From Bdellovibrionota bacterium (lineage in GTDB: Bacteria; Bdellovibrionota_G; JALEGL01; DATDPG01), in contig DATDPG010000164.1 of the NCBI GenBank assembly GCA_035292885.1, positions 1,386-65,385 on the forward strand: a stretch of DNA of 64,000 nt, in the 5' to 3' direction. Numbering within the stretch: the stretch's first letter is position 1; every line of letters begins with the position of its first letter. Made by a program: the position numbers and the translations under genes. The notes beneath the pieces were generated by a model. It saw only the letters and a program-made list of their open reading frames with translations. It had not been told where the DNA came from and did no database searches. Shown here one piece after another: positions 37,495-49,596 of the stretch.

Positions 37495-37976
37495 GGTCGC
37501 ATCGTCTCGATCGTCTGGTAATCCTCGAGCAAGAGCTGTTTTTTGAACACGACGCTCTCCCTCGACCCGGACGACATCACATGTACATTTGAAAGCCGTA
37601 TCGCGTCAACCGGGCAGGCTTCCTCGCACATCCCGCACAAAATACAACGACCCATGTCGATCACAAACTCCGCCGGAACTCGCTCCCGCTTGTCCTGATC
37701 CGAATACTCCCCGATATTGATCGTGATCGCGATGGGCGGACAGACCACTTCGCACAATTTGCACGCCACGCACTTCTCGATTCCGTTCTCCCCCATGATC
37801 AGTTCTGGATAGCCGCGGTATAGAGGTGGATAGGTCCATTTTTCTTCCGGAAATTGAAGCGTCACCTTTTTTTTGAACAGGTGCCGAAGCGTGATTCCGA
37901 GTCCCTTCACGATCGCGGGAATGTACAGGCGATCCCACCAACCGAGGCGGGGACGAGGCGCGACGACTACCGCCAT
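37491..37976 (-). CDS. nuoI: NuoI-like 2x[4Fe-4S] ferredoxin subunit
   Basis: CVACKLCEVVCP and CILCGMCEEACP motifs. Confidence 0.85.
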   Translation of the reverse strand: MAVVVAPRPRLGWWDRLYIPAIVKGLGITLRHLFKKKVTLQFPEEKWTYPPLYRGYPELIMGENGIEKCVACKLCEVVCPPIAITINIGEYSDQDKRERVPAEFVIDMGRCILCGMCEEACPVDAIRLSNVHVMSSGSRESVVFKKQLLLEDYQTIETMRP

Positions 37977-39963
37977 ACGGCTCTTTCATAATGGGCGTAC
38001 GTTCGGGTCGACTCCGGAATCTCCGTCACTTTCTTCGGGTATCCGGTCAAATCCTGGGCCAGATCCTCGTACACGGCCCCAGCCTCTTTGGGCGTGGCCG
38101 CGCCCAACAAAGCACTCAAAGCCGAAAGAAACGTTAACGGCTCATATCCCGGCGCGATCCTGCGGGTCGACCGGCGAAGTCTCTGAACGCGGCCGAACGT
38201 GTTGGTATAGGTGCCGCGCTTCTCATAGAAGGTATCGAGTGGAAGAATCCATTTTGCTTCGGGATGAGCCTCTCCCGAGCGCGTCACCCACTGACCGAAC
38301 AGGCGCATCCCCCGGGCGTATTCATCGAAAATCGGCGTCGATGGCGTCCGACCCATCCATAGCAACCCTTGGACTTTTCCCCGCTGGATCTCCTCTTCGA
38401 GATCCGAGAAAGGCCGAACGCGATCGCTCCACTGGTCGAGCATTCCGTGTGCATTCGAAGCACTCAGAAGCAGAGCTACGGAGATGCGCCGCGGGCTCCT
38501 TTGGGCGGCTGACGACAGCCACTTCTTCACCGCCGCGATATTCGGATCCGATAAAACGTGTTCCGACAAGAAAACGAATAGCGGTTGATCCGTGGATAGG
38601 ATCGGCCAGACGATCTCCTCCGCCTTGTTTTTTGCCGGTACCGTTTCGCCTTTTTCTATTCGATCGAGAGCGTGGAATACGCGTTCCAGGCGCTCCCCTT
38701 CCGCCGTCAGATGCCCCGCTTCAATATCGTCGAATCCCATGTTCTCTCCGCCGATCGTGACCATTTGGGTCCGGTGGAAATGAACCTGCCTTCGGAGGCG
38801 CAAGACCAAGACGGGATGGTCGTTCTCCAGACGTTCCCCCAGAATCAAAACGGTCGGAGCGCGATCCAGCGAGGCGGGAAAATCGGCGCGAACGGAACTC
38901 TTTCGAAGTGTCTCCCAGATCTCGATTCCGCCTCTCGACACCGGGGCGAAAACACGGCCGTTCAAAGCCGCCTTGGCCAGCGATTTCACTTGATAAAATT
39001 CCTCGTTCGTCACGGATGAATCCACGATCCACGCCAGAGATCCTTCCGGGACACGGCGGATTTCCTGCGCCAAAAGACGCGCCGTTTCTTCAACGGTCTG
39101 CGGCGCGCTGCCGTTGCCCGGGATAAGCGGCTGTTGAAGGCGTTCACCACCGACCAGAGGATCCAAACTGAAACGCCCACGATCGCAGAGCCACCATTCG
39201 TTCACGGCCGGTTCGATCCGCGGCGTCATTCGAAAAATCTTGTCTTCCTTGCGCCAGACCTGGGCGCTGCAACCCAAGCTGCACTCCCCGCAGACTGTGT
39301 CTACCGTTTTCATTTCCCACGGCCTCGCCTTGAATCGAAACTCCCGGGCCGTCAACGCGCCGACGGGACAAATATCCGCCAGGTTGCCGGTGAATCCGTT
39401 CGTGAGCTGCGCGTTTTCCGGAACAAAAATTTCGGAGCCGGCACCGCGGTTGCGAATCTGCAATTCCTCCCGGCCGGTAAAATCGCGCGAGAACCGCACG
39501 CAGCGGTTGCAGAGAATACAACGCTCTTTATCCAAAATGATGTGATCTCCGATAATTTGGTGCTTCGGCCGGTGAGTCTTCTGAAACTCAAAACGGCTGG
39601 CGAATTGGCCGGAGTCGAGCGTGAAATTTTGAAGCGGACACTCTCCGCCTTTGTCGCAAAACGGGCAGTCGAGCGGGTGATGTAGAAGAAAAAATTCCAG
39701 AACTCCTTTGCGGGCCTTTTTCACCGCATCGGATTGGGTATTCACATCGAGACCTTCCTTCACCGGAACGGTGCAGGAGGTCTGCATTTTCGGCATACCC
39801 TTGATGTCCACGAGACAGAGACGACAGCTCCCCTCGACCCCGATGCCGGGGTGATAACAGAAATGAGGGATTTCGATCCCGGCGTCGAGGCTCGCCTGAA
39901 GCAACGGCGAGCCGGCTTCCGCCTGAACAACTTTGCCGTCGATCTTGAGGTTCACTTTCGGAC

Positions 39964-39976
<13 letters not shown>
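37967..39976 (-). CDS. nuoG: NuoG-like 75-kDa Fe-S subunit
   Basis: ATG at 39976 ([14 protein letters not shown]). N-terminal 2Fe-2S Cys set, [36 protein letters not shown] molybdopterin-like domain. Confidence 0.8.
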
Positions 39977-41711
<1,735 letters not shown>

Positions 41712-41715
<4 letters not shown>

Positions 41716-42343
41716 TTGCGCCCCTTTTTACTTGAAGGGAGGTATGTCGACAACTCCTTGGCATCAAAGGGAAAACCGTGCCCCGGATGAATTTTTCCGG
41801 ATGGACCGATCCGACGAATCAACTTCCGTAGACTCTCCTCCCAAAGTACAGCGTCGTGCGGCGAACGTTCGCAAAGATCGCCGACAAACCATTGGGATTC
41901 AATATGAAAGGAAATATCTCCAATGGAATGTCCTGGAGTTTCAAGAACTTCAATTACAATATCTCCGAACGACATTACGTCTTTATCTTTCAAGAGCGAT
42001 TCCACGAGCGGCGCCTTAACACCACAAAGACCCGATTGCTCAGCTAAAGAAGGTAACTGTTGAAGCGCCGGAAGTTCGGCAACATGGGCGCCGATCTTGC
42101 AGCCGAGCCGAACAGCCGCTTCCTGGGCTCGAGCGGCATGGCGAAGATGGCCGTGCGTTAAGAGGATTGCCCGAACGCCGAGCGAATCTTGCTTTACACG
42201 AGCCAAAATCGATTCGAGGTCGCTGGCGGGATCGATCAAAATCGCCTCTTTCCTACCGGAAGCGGATACCAAATAGGTTCGAGCCGCATCCTTCGAACCA
42301 AACGATTCAACGATGATCATTCGGCTAACCCTGCCCGCCATTG
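41712..42343 (-). CDS. MBL-fold metallo-hydrolase family protein with variant HxHxRH motif (first gene of operon)
   Basis: [31 protein letters not shown]. Start taken at [12 protein letters not shown] (the longer ORF extension overlaps the divergent gene). 4-nt overlap with nuoBD. Confidence 0.55.
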
Positions 42344-42385
42344 GCGCAGCTTTCAAGTTGATCCGAGAAGAGATATGAGAACCCC

Positions 42386-42958
42386 ATGGCGACTTCATTT
42401 GCTCCCGAGCCAATTCGAAAGCAGGTTGTGGAGGCTTTTTCCGATGCGGAGGCACCGGCTTACGCCCAATTCGGCACGACCGATGCCGAGGGGAATTCCC
42501 AGATCCGGACCGTCCACTTTCATTATCTTTCCGAACTTGACGTTCTTGCATTCAATGCCCACGTCCGTTCACCGAAATGGGCCCACCTCAAAGCAAATCC
42601 GAAAGCGTCAGGCTGCTATTTCGATACGAAAAGGTTGATCCAATTTCGGTTCGAAGCCGAAGCCTGCTGTTTCGCGGACGGCGGCGGGCACGATCCGCTT
42701 CTCGATTCGATGTGGGCCAAAATCCGGCCCGACGTCCGCGCTGCCTATTGGGAGGATCAAAGCTCGTCCTCGTTTGACGTCGATCGACGGTGTTCCACGC
42801 TGGGAGTCATCGTGCTCCAACCGACGCTTTGGGACATCTGCACGATCGCCATGGAAGATTACCGAAAGGGAAGGCGCGTTCTTTACCGAAATCGCAAAGG
42901 CGTCTGGAGCGAGGAAAGAGTCTCGCTTCTCCACGGCGAAGCGCCCCCAAGCCGATAG
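42386..42958 (+). CDS. pyridoxamine 5'-phosphate oxidase-like FMN-binding split-barrel protein
   Basis: PNPOx-like pattern; 190 aa. Confidence 0.6.
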   Translation: MATSFAPEPIRKQVVEAFSDAEAPAYAQFGTTDAEGNSQIRTVHFHYLSELDVLAFNAHVRSPKWAHLKANPKASGCYFDTKRLIQFRFEAEACCFADGGGHDPLLDSMWAKIRPDVRAAYWEDQSSSSFDVDRRCSTLGVIVLQPTLWDICTIAMEDYRKGRRVLYRNRKGVWSEERVSLLHGEAPPSR

Positions 42959-43044
42959 CGGCCGCACCCGGGGAACCCTGGCCCCTCCGGGGGTGGAATT
43001 TTAGGGGCGTTTTCGGGTAATGTTTATGAACAACGAATACGACT

Positions 43045-43458
43045 ATGAAGTCCTCCCGCAGAAAGCACCCCCGAGTCAACGCAGAACTTACCGCTCAAGC
43101 CAAGCCTAATCGTCGGAATATGTTTGAAGGAAGGGTATTAAACTTAAGCGAAGGAGGCGCATTTTTAGCCACAGCTGAAAAACTGGCCGTGGGAAATGGG
43201 GTCATCCTAAACTTCACGTTGAACATAACCGGCCGCCAAAGGTCCTGCATGGTTGAAGGAAGAATTGTGTGGGCAAACACCGATCCATCCCGGGGCACGG
43301 TAGGAACAGGCATTCGTTTTGACCGTCTCTCCCCGGCAATGGTTCGATTCATACGCGACTATGTGAAGGCAGAACTCAAAGGGGAGGTAAACGCTGAAGG
43401 CACGACCACGGACTCCCAAAGCACTAAACCTCCTGTGCGAGGGCAATTGCGGGGTTGA
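43045..43458 (+). CDS. PilZ-domain protein (c-di-GMP binding)
   Basis: RxxxR (HPRVNAE) and D/NxSxGG (NLSEGGAFL) motifs. Confidence 0.7.
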   Translation: MKSSRRKHPRVNAELTAQAKPNRRNMFEGRVLNLSEGGAFLATAEKLAVGNGVILNFTLNITGRQRSCMVEGRIVWANTDPSRGTVGTGIRFDRLSPAMVRFIRDYVKAELKGEVNAEGTTTDSQSTKPPVRGQLRG

Positions 43459-43477
43459 TATCTGATGACGGAGACGA

Positions 43478-43615
43478 ACGGCTATTTCTTCAGCTTGTCG
43501 TACGAATAAGCGCCGCGCCTGGATTTGCGGCCGGGGCGCCCGTCGGCAACACGCTTCTCCAAGAATCGGCTGGGGCGAAACCGGTCCCCTCCCTTTGTGA
43601 AGAAAGTCTTTCGGC
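43478..43615. repeat. diverged direct-repeat copy of the hbd 3' end (partner at 45609-45748)
   Basis: acgaacggctatttcttcagcttgtcgtacgaataagcgccgcg... versus gcgaacggctatttctttagcttgtcgtaagaataaacgccgcg... The minus-strand ORF here ends ...GAYSYDKLKK, like the Hbd C-terminus. Confidence 0.65.
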
Positions 43616-45516
43616 GGTTCGTGCGTTGGACGGCTTGGACCGCTTTGTTGTTCGCCGGGCTCGCGGCCATTCTTGTTTCTGCGTTTTATGCCTATCGAGG
43701 AGTCGAAGAACACCGATTCGAGGGGCGAATCTGGAAGCCCTGCGGAGCGACTCTTAAGGAAGCGCTCCGGTGCTTGAAAGAGGCCGAGGCCGGTTTCCAC
43801 CAAGAAGACACCCTTGTCATCGCGCAAAAAATCCTGGCGGAGTTTGGCGACGAGCTTCCGGCTTCATCGAGAGCCGCCCTGTGGTACAAGATCGGATCCG
43901 TCCACAACAATCAGTCCCATTTTAAGCCGGCCGTCCGAGCCTTTCAGAAGTCGATCGATCTTTCGAAAAGCTCCGGAGCTTCCCTTCGGAAAGAGGCGAC
44001 GTACCGCCTCTGCGCCGCCCTGGCCTCGATGGACCGAGTCCGAGAAGCGGTGGCCTGTTATGAAGATGCCTACGAACAATACAAGTTGAAACGATTCCTC
44101 AAGGATGCGGAAGACCTTAAAGCTGGCCTCCGTCACCCTTCCGACGCGCCGGAGATAAACGTGACGCTCCGGTTCGCGAGATCCGTGGGAAGGGGAAAGT
44201 CTCTGATCGTTCGCGGAAGTTGGAACCAGAGGGGCGAGCACGACGCAGTGACCGGGTGGGCCCCCCTCCCGATGACAAAGGCCGACGACATGGATGACGA
44301 AACGTGGACGCGTGAAATCCGTCTGCGGACGGATTCGGATCTCCCTTACGTTGCGGTCGTCAGCGAGCAGGATTCTCTCCGGGCGTTTTCCTCGCGCCCG
44401 GTCGGGATCGCCACGTTTCACGCCTCCGCCGCCGCAAACCGTCGAATCGATGTCAGGCCTTATGTTTCCGGGGACCGCCGCAACGCGGATCGGCCGGCCG
44501 CAAAGAGCGACGGCCGCCGGCGGATCGTGGTTCTTTGGCCGGATTCCGGTACGTGGCTCCATTTTATGACGCTCGTTCATTCCGATCAGGCGCCGAACAC
44601 CAAAGCCTTAATGGAGTCCGGCGCATTCGGAATCCTCGACTCCGATCCGCCCATCACGAGCGTGGCTACGGAAAAGCTCACGCATTTTTCCACCACGGAG
44701 TGGAGTCTCCGGAAATGGGCGCGCCTCGGCCTACTTCAGCTCAAAGGGATTGAAATGCTCGAGTCTTTTGTCCCCGATGTTTTGCTTGAAACGCTCCTCC
44801 CCACGGGCCAGATTGCGATTTGGGATCACCTCAAGCGGCACGGGCGGTCTTCGTTAAACCTCATCTTCTCGGACCCCTATGCGTACGCCCACGACGAGGC
44901 GAGAGCGGCGGATTTGATGGCGCACGGCCTCGGTCCGATCGAACTCTATGAGAAGCGCGCGGAGGCCGCGTTTCCTGATTTCTTTGTCCGATATTTTCAC
45001 TTCGACGGAGATGCGAAGAAGCTTCGGAGGAAATTCGTTGAAACCCAATGGAAAGCGATGCACGCGCGCCGGCTGTTGGCGGAGGAAGCTATAAAAACGC
45101 GAGCGTTCGATCTGGTGATCGTACGGTACGCGAGTTTCGATCTCATCCATCATTACGGGTCGGTGCTCACGTCTTCCCAAGACACCTTCTTGGAAGACCT
45201 TCACGGGTTTTACCGTTATGCGGACGACAGCATCGGCACCCTCCGAAAACTCATGGATGCCGACGACATCTTCATCCTCTTGAGCGACCACGGGAGTCGC
45301 GACATGGTCCGCCACCACCGCGATTCTGTTTTCGCCGCCGCGGGGGACGGAATCCCCCGCAACCGCTATCTCGGGCGATCGGATATCCGTGTGTTTCCCG
45401 GATGGGTCGTCGCTCTCCTCGGCGCGCCCGCGGCGGAACATGCCGTTTTCCCGCATGACCCGGCCCTCCCGACCCCGGTGCCGTCAAAAACGAATTCTCC
45501 TCCGGGCATCCGCTAA
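43525..45516 (+). CDS. membrane-anchored protein with TPR-like region and alkaline-phosphatase-superfamily (type I phosphodiesterase-like) C-terminal domain, hypothetical
   Basis: N-terminal TM helix. IFILLSDHGSRD and VVLWPDSGTW motifs suggest an AP-fold. 5' end lies inside the hbd-tail repeat copy, so the start is uncertain. Confidence 0.45.
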   Translation: MRPGRPSATRFSKNRLGRNRSPPFVKKVFRRFVRWTAWTALLFAGLAAILVSAFYAYRGVEEHRFEGRIWKPCGATLKEALRCLKEAEAGFHQEDTLVIAQKILAEFGDELPASSRAALWYKIGSVHNNQSHFKPAVRAFQKSIDLSKSSGASLRKEATYRLCAALASMDRVREAVACYEDAYEQYKLKRFLKDAEDLKAGLRHPSDAPEINVTLRFARSVGRGKSLIVRGSWNQRGEHDAVTGWAPLPMTKADDMDDETWTREIRLRTDSDLPYVAVVSEQDSLRAFSSRPVGIATFHASAAANRRIDVRPYVSGDRRNADRPAAKSDGRRRIVVLWPDSGTWLHFMTLVHSDQAPNTKALMESGAFGILDSDPPITSVATEKLTHFSTTEWSLRKWARLGLLQLKGIEMLESFVPDVLLETLLPTGQIAIWDHLKRHGRSSLNLIFSDPYAYAHDEARAADLMAHGLGPIELYEKRAEAAFPDFFVRYFHFDGDAKKLRRKFVETQWKAMHARRLLAEEAIKTRAFDLVIVRYASFDLIHHYGSVLTSSQDTFLEDLHGFYRYADDSIGTLRKLMDADDIFILLSDHGSRDMVRHHRDSVFAAAGDGIPRNRYLGRSDIRVFPGWVVALLGAPAAEHAVFPHDPALPTPVPSKTNSPPGIR

Positions 45517-45608
45517 CGGCAGTTTCCAAAATACCCGACCGTGTTTACGTTCGATCAGGTGTCCCGGCAACTCCCCCGCTTACGGAACCACGCGATAAAT
45601 CAGAACAG

Positions 45609-45748
45609 CGAACGGCTATTTCTTTAGCTTGTCGTAAGAATAAACGCCGCGTCCCGTTTTCCGGCCGAGGCGGCCTTCGGAGACGTACTTTTCAAGTACC
45701 GGGCTCGGGCGGAAACGGTCCCCGAGAGTCTTGTGAAGGTATTTAAGG
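45609..45748. repeat. hbd 3'-end segment, the authentic copy of the 43478-43615 repeat
   Basis: See the partner repeat. About 90% identity over the first 45 nt, about 75% over 140 nt. Confidence 0.65.
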
Positions 45749-46488
45749 GTCGTCAATCGTACGTCGAGGCCGACGAGGTCGACCATTTCAAACGGTCCCA
45801 TCGGATGATTGAGACCGAGTTTGATCGCCTTATCGATATCCTCGGGCGAGGCGATCTCTTCCTCCAGCATCCGGAAGGCCTCATTTCCGATCAGGGCGTT
45901 CATTCGTGACGTGACGAATCCGGGAGATTCTTTCACGACCACGGTCTCCTTTCCCATCGCCCGAGACACTCGCCTTGCCGTTTCAATCGTCTCCTCACTC
46001 GTCGCCTCGCACGTCACGATTTCAATGAGTTTCATCTTGTGAACCGGATTGAAGAAGTGCATTCCGATGAAACGATCCGGCCGCCCGGAGGCGGCGGCCA
46101 TCTCGCCGACCGGTAATGCGGAAGTATTGGTGGCAAGAATCGCCGATTTCGGGGCGAGGGAATTCAGGCGCTCGAAGAGGTCGCGCTTCATCGTGAGATC
46201 CTCCGGAATCGCCTCGATCGCCAGATCCGCACTTCGGGCGGAAGCCTCGAAGTCGGTGACAAAAACCAAATTGCCCACAGCGCTTTTCATTCCTTCCGCC
46301 GTTACTTTTCCGACTTCGACCCCCTTTTTCAGGTTCTCTTCAATATTCGCTTTGGCCTGGGCCAGAATTTCTTCCGAAACGTCCTGAACGGTGGTGGCAA
46401 AACCACCCAACGCCGAAACATGAGCGATCCCCCGGCCCATCGTTCCGGCGCCGACTACGAGAACATTCTTGACCGGATTCGCCGTCAT
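45616..46488 (-). CDS. hbd: 3-hydroxybutyryl-CoA / 3-hydroxyacyl-CoA dehydrogenase
   Basis: NAD-binding VVGAGTMGRGIA. 3HCDH N and C domains. Confidence 0.9.
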   Translation of the reverse strand: MTANPVKNVLVVGAGTMGRGIAHVSALGGFATTVQDVSEEILAQAKANIEENLKKGVEVGKVTAEGMKSAVGNLVFVTDFEASARSADLAIEAIPEDLTMKRDLFERLNSLAPKSAILATNTSALPVGEMAAASGRPDRFIGMHFFNPVHKMKLIEIVTCEATSEETIETARRVSRAMGKETVVVKESPGFVTSRMNALIGNEAFRMLEEEIASPEDIDKAIKLGLNHPMGPFEMVDLVGLDVRLTTLKYLHKTLGDRFRPSPVLEKYVSEGRLGRKTGRGVYSYDKLKK

Positions 46489-47534
46489 GTCCGGCTGCTG
46501 GCGGAGGGAGTCAAGACGACTTTGCCGAACTGTTTCCGGTCTTCCAGCAACTTATGAGCGACTTTTACATCCTTGAGCGTCAACACGCGATCCACGACCG
46601 GATGAAGTTTTTTCTCCGGAAAGTACTTGAGAACTTCCAAAAGCTCCGCTTTCGACCCGACGTACGAACCCAAGACGGAAAGGTGGCGGGAAAATATGTA
46701 GCGGAGATCGAGCTTCACGATGGGGCCGGTGGTGGCACCGCAGGTGACCAAGCGGCCTGCTCGCGCCAGCGACAGAATGCTTTTCTCCCACGTGGCGGGA
46801 CCCACATGCTCGATCACGACCTCCACGCCTTTCTTGTCCGTCAATTTCATCACTTCGGCGTGAAAATCTTTCTTCACGTAATTGACGGTGTCGTCGGCGC
46901 CCAAATCCTGGGCCTTTGCGAGTTTCTCTTCCGTGCTCGCCGTGGCGATGACGCGCGCTCCGAAGAGTTTCGCGATTTGGATCGCCGCGATTCCGACTCC
47001 GGACCCCGCCGCCAAGACCAACACATCCTCCCCCGGCTGAACTTTCGCCCGCGCCACAAGCATGTGCCAGGCGGTCAGAAACACGAGGGGGATACTCGCG
47101 CCTTCGACGAAATTGATCCCTTGAGGCATCGGGATCACGTTCGTGGACGGAACTTTCACGTATTCGGCGCAGCCGCCGTCCCGTTTGAACCCCAGGAGCG
47201 TGTAGTCGGGGCACATGTTGTCGTTCCCCGCGAGACAATATTTGCATTCTCCGCAGCTGACTCCGGGGGAGAGAAGAACTTTGTCCCCCTTTTTGATTCC
47301 ACTGACCATGTCCCCTGTTTCATGCACTACTCCTGAAATGTCGGTGCCGGGAATCACGGGCAGCGGAATTTTAATTCCAGCAATGCCCTGCCGGGTCCAA
47401 AGGTCGAGATAATTGAGCGCACACGCCTTTACGGCAACCAAGACCTCGTTCGGTTGAATCTTGGGGTCGGGAACAGACTCGTACGTCAGGCGTTCCAACC
47501 CGCCATGTTTATGAATTCGAACCGCCTTCACGTC
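46485..47534 (-). CDS. zinc-type alcohol dehydrogenase / quinone oxidoreductase (MDR family)
   Basis: GTG start at 47534 (VKAVRIHKHGG). The ORF extension upstream overlaps the next gene and is rejected. GSGVGIAAIQIAK Rossmann motif. Confidence 0.8.
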   Translation of the reverse strand, partial: DVKAVRIHKHGGLERLTYESVPDPKIQPNEVLVAVKACALNYLDLWTRQGIAGIKIPLPVIPGTDISGVVHETGDMVSGIKKGDKVLLSPGVSCGECKYCLAGNDNMCPDYTLLGFKRDGGCAEYVKVPSTNVIPMPQGINFVEGASIPLVFLTAWHMLVARAKVQPGEDVLVLAAGSGVGIAAIQIAKLFGARVIATASTEEKLAKAQDLGADDTVNYVKKDFHAEVMKLTDKKGVEVVIEHVGPATWEKSILSLARAGRLVTCGATTGPIVKLDLRYIFSRHLSVLGSYVGSKAELLEVLKYFPEKKLHPVVDRVLTLKDVKVAHKLLEDRKQFGKVVLTPSASSRT

Positions 47535-47563
47535 GCGGAATCTACCGGATGTTCCGCGTTTTA

Positions 47564-48517
47564 CTAAGGAAGAACTTTTCGGGCGTTTTCGACCAGCATT
47601 TTTTGTTTGGCCTCTTCCGAAAGCGGAAGGGACTCGAACACCGCAAGATTCTCCGCCATATCGGGGACGCCGGGACCCGGCCAGTCCGTGCCGTAGAGAA
47701 CCTTGTCCGCGATCTCCTCCAGGCGTGGGAAATAGGAGAGCAGCGACTTCGGAGGTATGCCGGAAATGTCCATGAAGAAATTGGGGTGTCGCCGGACCAG
47801 AAAGAAACAGGTGTTCATCCAAAGCGGCCGGCCGCCGTGGGCCAGCACCACGCGGAGGTTCGGAAAATCAACGCCGATGTCGTCGCAGGTCATGGGATCT
47901 CCATACTTGTTCCTCGCGCCCGGGAAAATCGACGTCCCGGTATGGATCATGACCGGAACGCGATATTCTTCCGCCTTCCGGTAGATCACTCCAAGAGCGT
48001 GAAGACCGCCGCGGTATTCGTTCGGGAACACCAGCTGATGCGGCGGATGGATTTTGATCATCCGGATTCCCAGATCACCGCAAAGTTTGTCCATCAGATC
48101 TTGCGGGGCCGGGGAAAGGCGCGGGTGCACCGAGCCGACAGCCAAGAGCCGCGCCGGAGAGACCGAACAGAACTTTGAAACCCACGAATTCACGTCGTCG
48201 GTGAATCCCATGATGTCGGGACTCACGTAATTGACGACGCACACACGATCGATACCGACGCGGTCGATGTGATCGATAAACTCCAGTGGATCTTCTCCGT
48301 AGCGGGCGATTAAATCGGCATCGGGTCTCTTTTGCCGCATTTTCTGCAGCGCTTCCGGTTTGAACATGTACCAGGGCTGAACATGCACATGAAAATCGGT
48401 AATCCCCTCCCGTCGCCGCACCTGCGCTCCCGAAGCTTTCCGTTTCGGATTTGTCGTCTCTTTTTTCGCTTTCGTCACGCGTGGGAACAGAATAAAACAA
48501 TCGCCGATGAAAGCCAT
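47564..48517 (-). CDS. amidohydrolase-2 (PF04909-type) TIM-barrel metal-dependent hydrolase
   Basis: DFHVHV HxH motif, later His/Asp ligands (MIHTGTS, VLAHGG, GTDWP). ATG at 48517, or alternative GTG near 48477. Confidence 0.75.
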   Translation of the reverse strand: MAFIGDCFILFPRVTKAKKETTNPKRKASGAQVRRREGITDFHVHVQPWYMFKPEALQKMRQKRPDADLIARYGEDPLEFIDHIDRVGIDRVCVVNYVSPDIMGFTDDVNSWVSKFCSVSPARLLAVGSVHPRLSPAPQDLMDKLCGDLGIRMIKIHPPHQLVFPNEYRGGLHALGVIYRKAEEYRVPVMIHTGTSIFPGARNKYGDPMTCDDIGVDFPNLRVVLAHGGRPLWMNTCFFLVRRHPNFFMDISGIPPKSLLSYFPRLEEIADKVLYGTDWPGPGVPDMAENLAVFESLPLSEEAKQKMLVENARKVLP

Positions 48518-49538
48518 TCAATATTCGCGGCACGGCGGGCCGGAAGTCCTTGCCTACGTCGATCTTCCGGACCCAGTGCCCGGCCCGGGGCAGGCCGTTG
48601 TGCGTCTCAAGGCCGCCGGAATCAATCACATCGACATTCACATCCGCCGAGGCATTCCCGGAATGAAAACTCCCCTCCCCCACATCCCGGGTTGTGACGG
48701 CTCCGGGATCGTCGACGCGGTCGGCGCGGGCGTCACGAACGTTGAAGCGGGTCAGCGAGTGACCATCAATCCAGGGACCTCGTGTGGCGTATGCGAGCAG
48801 TGCGGCGCCGGAGAAAAGAGCCTATGTCACCGCTACCAAATTCTGGGAGAGCACGGCAACGGCACATATGCCGAAAAAATCGCGATCCCGGCCGTCAATG
48901 CTTTGCCGATCCCGGATTCCGTATCCTTTGAAACGGCGGCCGCGGCGCCATTGGCCTATCTAACGGCTTGGAGCATGGTCGTGTCGAAGGCTCGTGTACG
49001 AGCGGGAGATGCCGTGCTCGTCATGAGCGCCGGCTCTGGCGTCAGTACGGCGGCCATCCAAATCTGCAAGATGCTGGGCGCGAAGGTCTTTGCCACCGCG
49101 AGTACGCCGGAGAAGGCCGACCGGGCCAAAAAGGACCCGGGCGCCGACGTCGTCATCGATTACACGACGACGCCGATCGACAAAGAGATTCGAACCCTGA
49201 CGGAAAAACGGGGCGTCGACGTCATCATCGACCATGTCGGGGGTGAACAGTGGCTTCCGATGCTTCGTTCTCTTCGGAAGGGTGGAACGCTCGTCACGTG
49301 CGGAGCGACGGCCGGTTTCGAGCCGAAAGAAGATCTCCGCCAAATCTTTTTTCGGCAGCTCCGGATTTTGGGCTCGACGATGGGAAACGACGCGGAACTG
49401 CATTCAGTCCTGAAACTTGTGTTCGAAGGCCGACTGAAACCAATCATTGATAAGAGTTTCCCCCTTAAACAGGCACCCGAAGCTCATCGCCGAATGGAAG
49501 AGCGGAAGTCTTTCGGAAAAATCGTGTTGATCCCGTAG
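48507..49538 (+). CDS. quinone oxidoreductase / Zn-ADH (MDR family)
   Basis: ATG at 48507 (MKAIQYSRHGGPEVL). GSGVSTAAIQICK cofactor motif. Confidence 0.85.
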   Translation: MKAIQYSRHGGPEVLAYVDLPDPVPGPGQAVVRLKAAGINHIDIHIRRGIPGMKTPLPHIPGCDGSGIVDAVGAGVTNVEAGQRVTINPGTSCGVCEQCGAGEKSLCHRYQILGEHGNGTYAEKIAIPAVNALPIPDSVSFETAAAAPLAYLTAWSMVVSKARVRAGDAVLVMSAGSGVSTAAIQICKMLGAKVFATASTPEKADRAKKDPGADVVIDYTTTPIDKEIRTLTEKRGVDVIIDHVGGEQWLPMLRSLRKGGTLVTCGATAGFEPKEDLRQIFFRQLRILGSTMGNDAELHSVLKLVFEGRLKPIIDKSFPLKQAPEAHRRMEERKSFGKIVLIP

Positions 49539-49560
49539 ATCCGGTTTCCGCTACCGATAC
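49481..49560. repeat. 80-bp direct repeat (copy 1), 3' end of the MDR gene plus 22 bp beyond its stop
   Basis: agctcatcgccgaatggaagagcggaagtctttcggaaaaatcgtgttgatcccgtagatccggtttccgctaccgatac. 78/80 identical to 53262-53341. Confidence 0.75.
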
Positions 49561-49596
49561 GGATCTGGCGAAAGAGATCTCCTGCGAAGTTCGGCC

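Noticed and set aside
46485-47822. N-terminal 96-aa extension of the MDR oxidoreductase ORF (47535-47822)
   Set aside because: Overlaps the amidohydrolase gene in another frame. The conserved MDR fold starts at the GTG at 47534.
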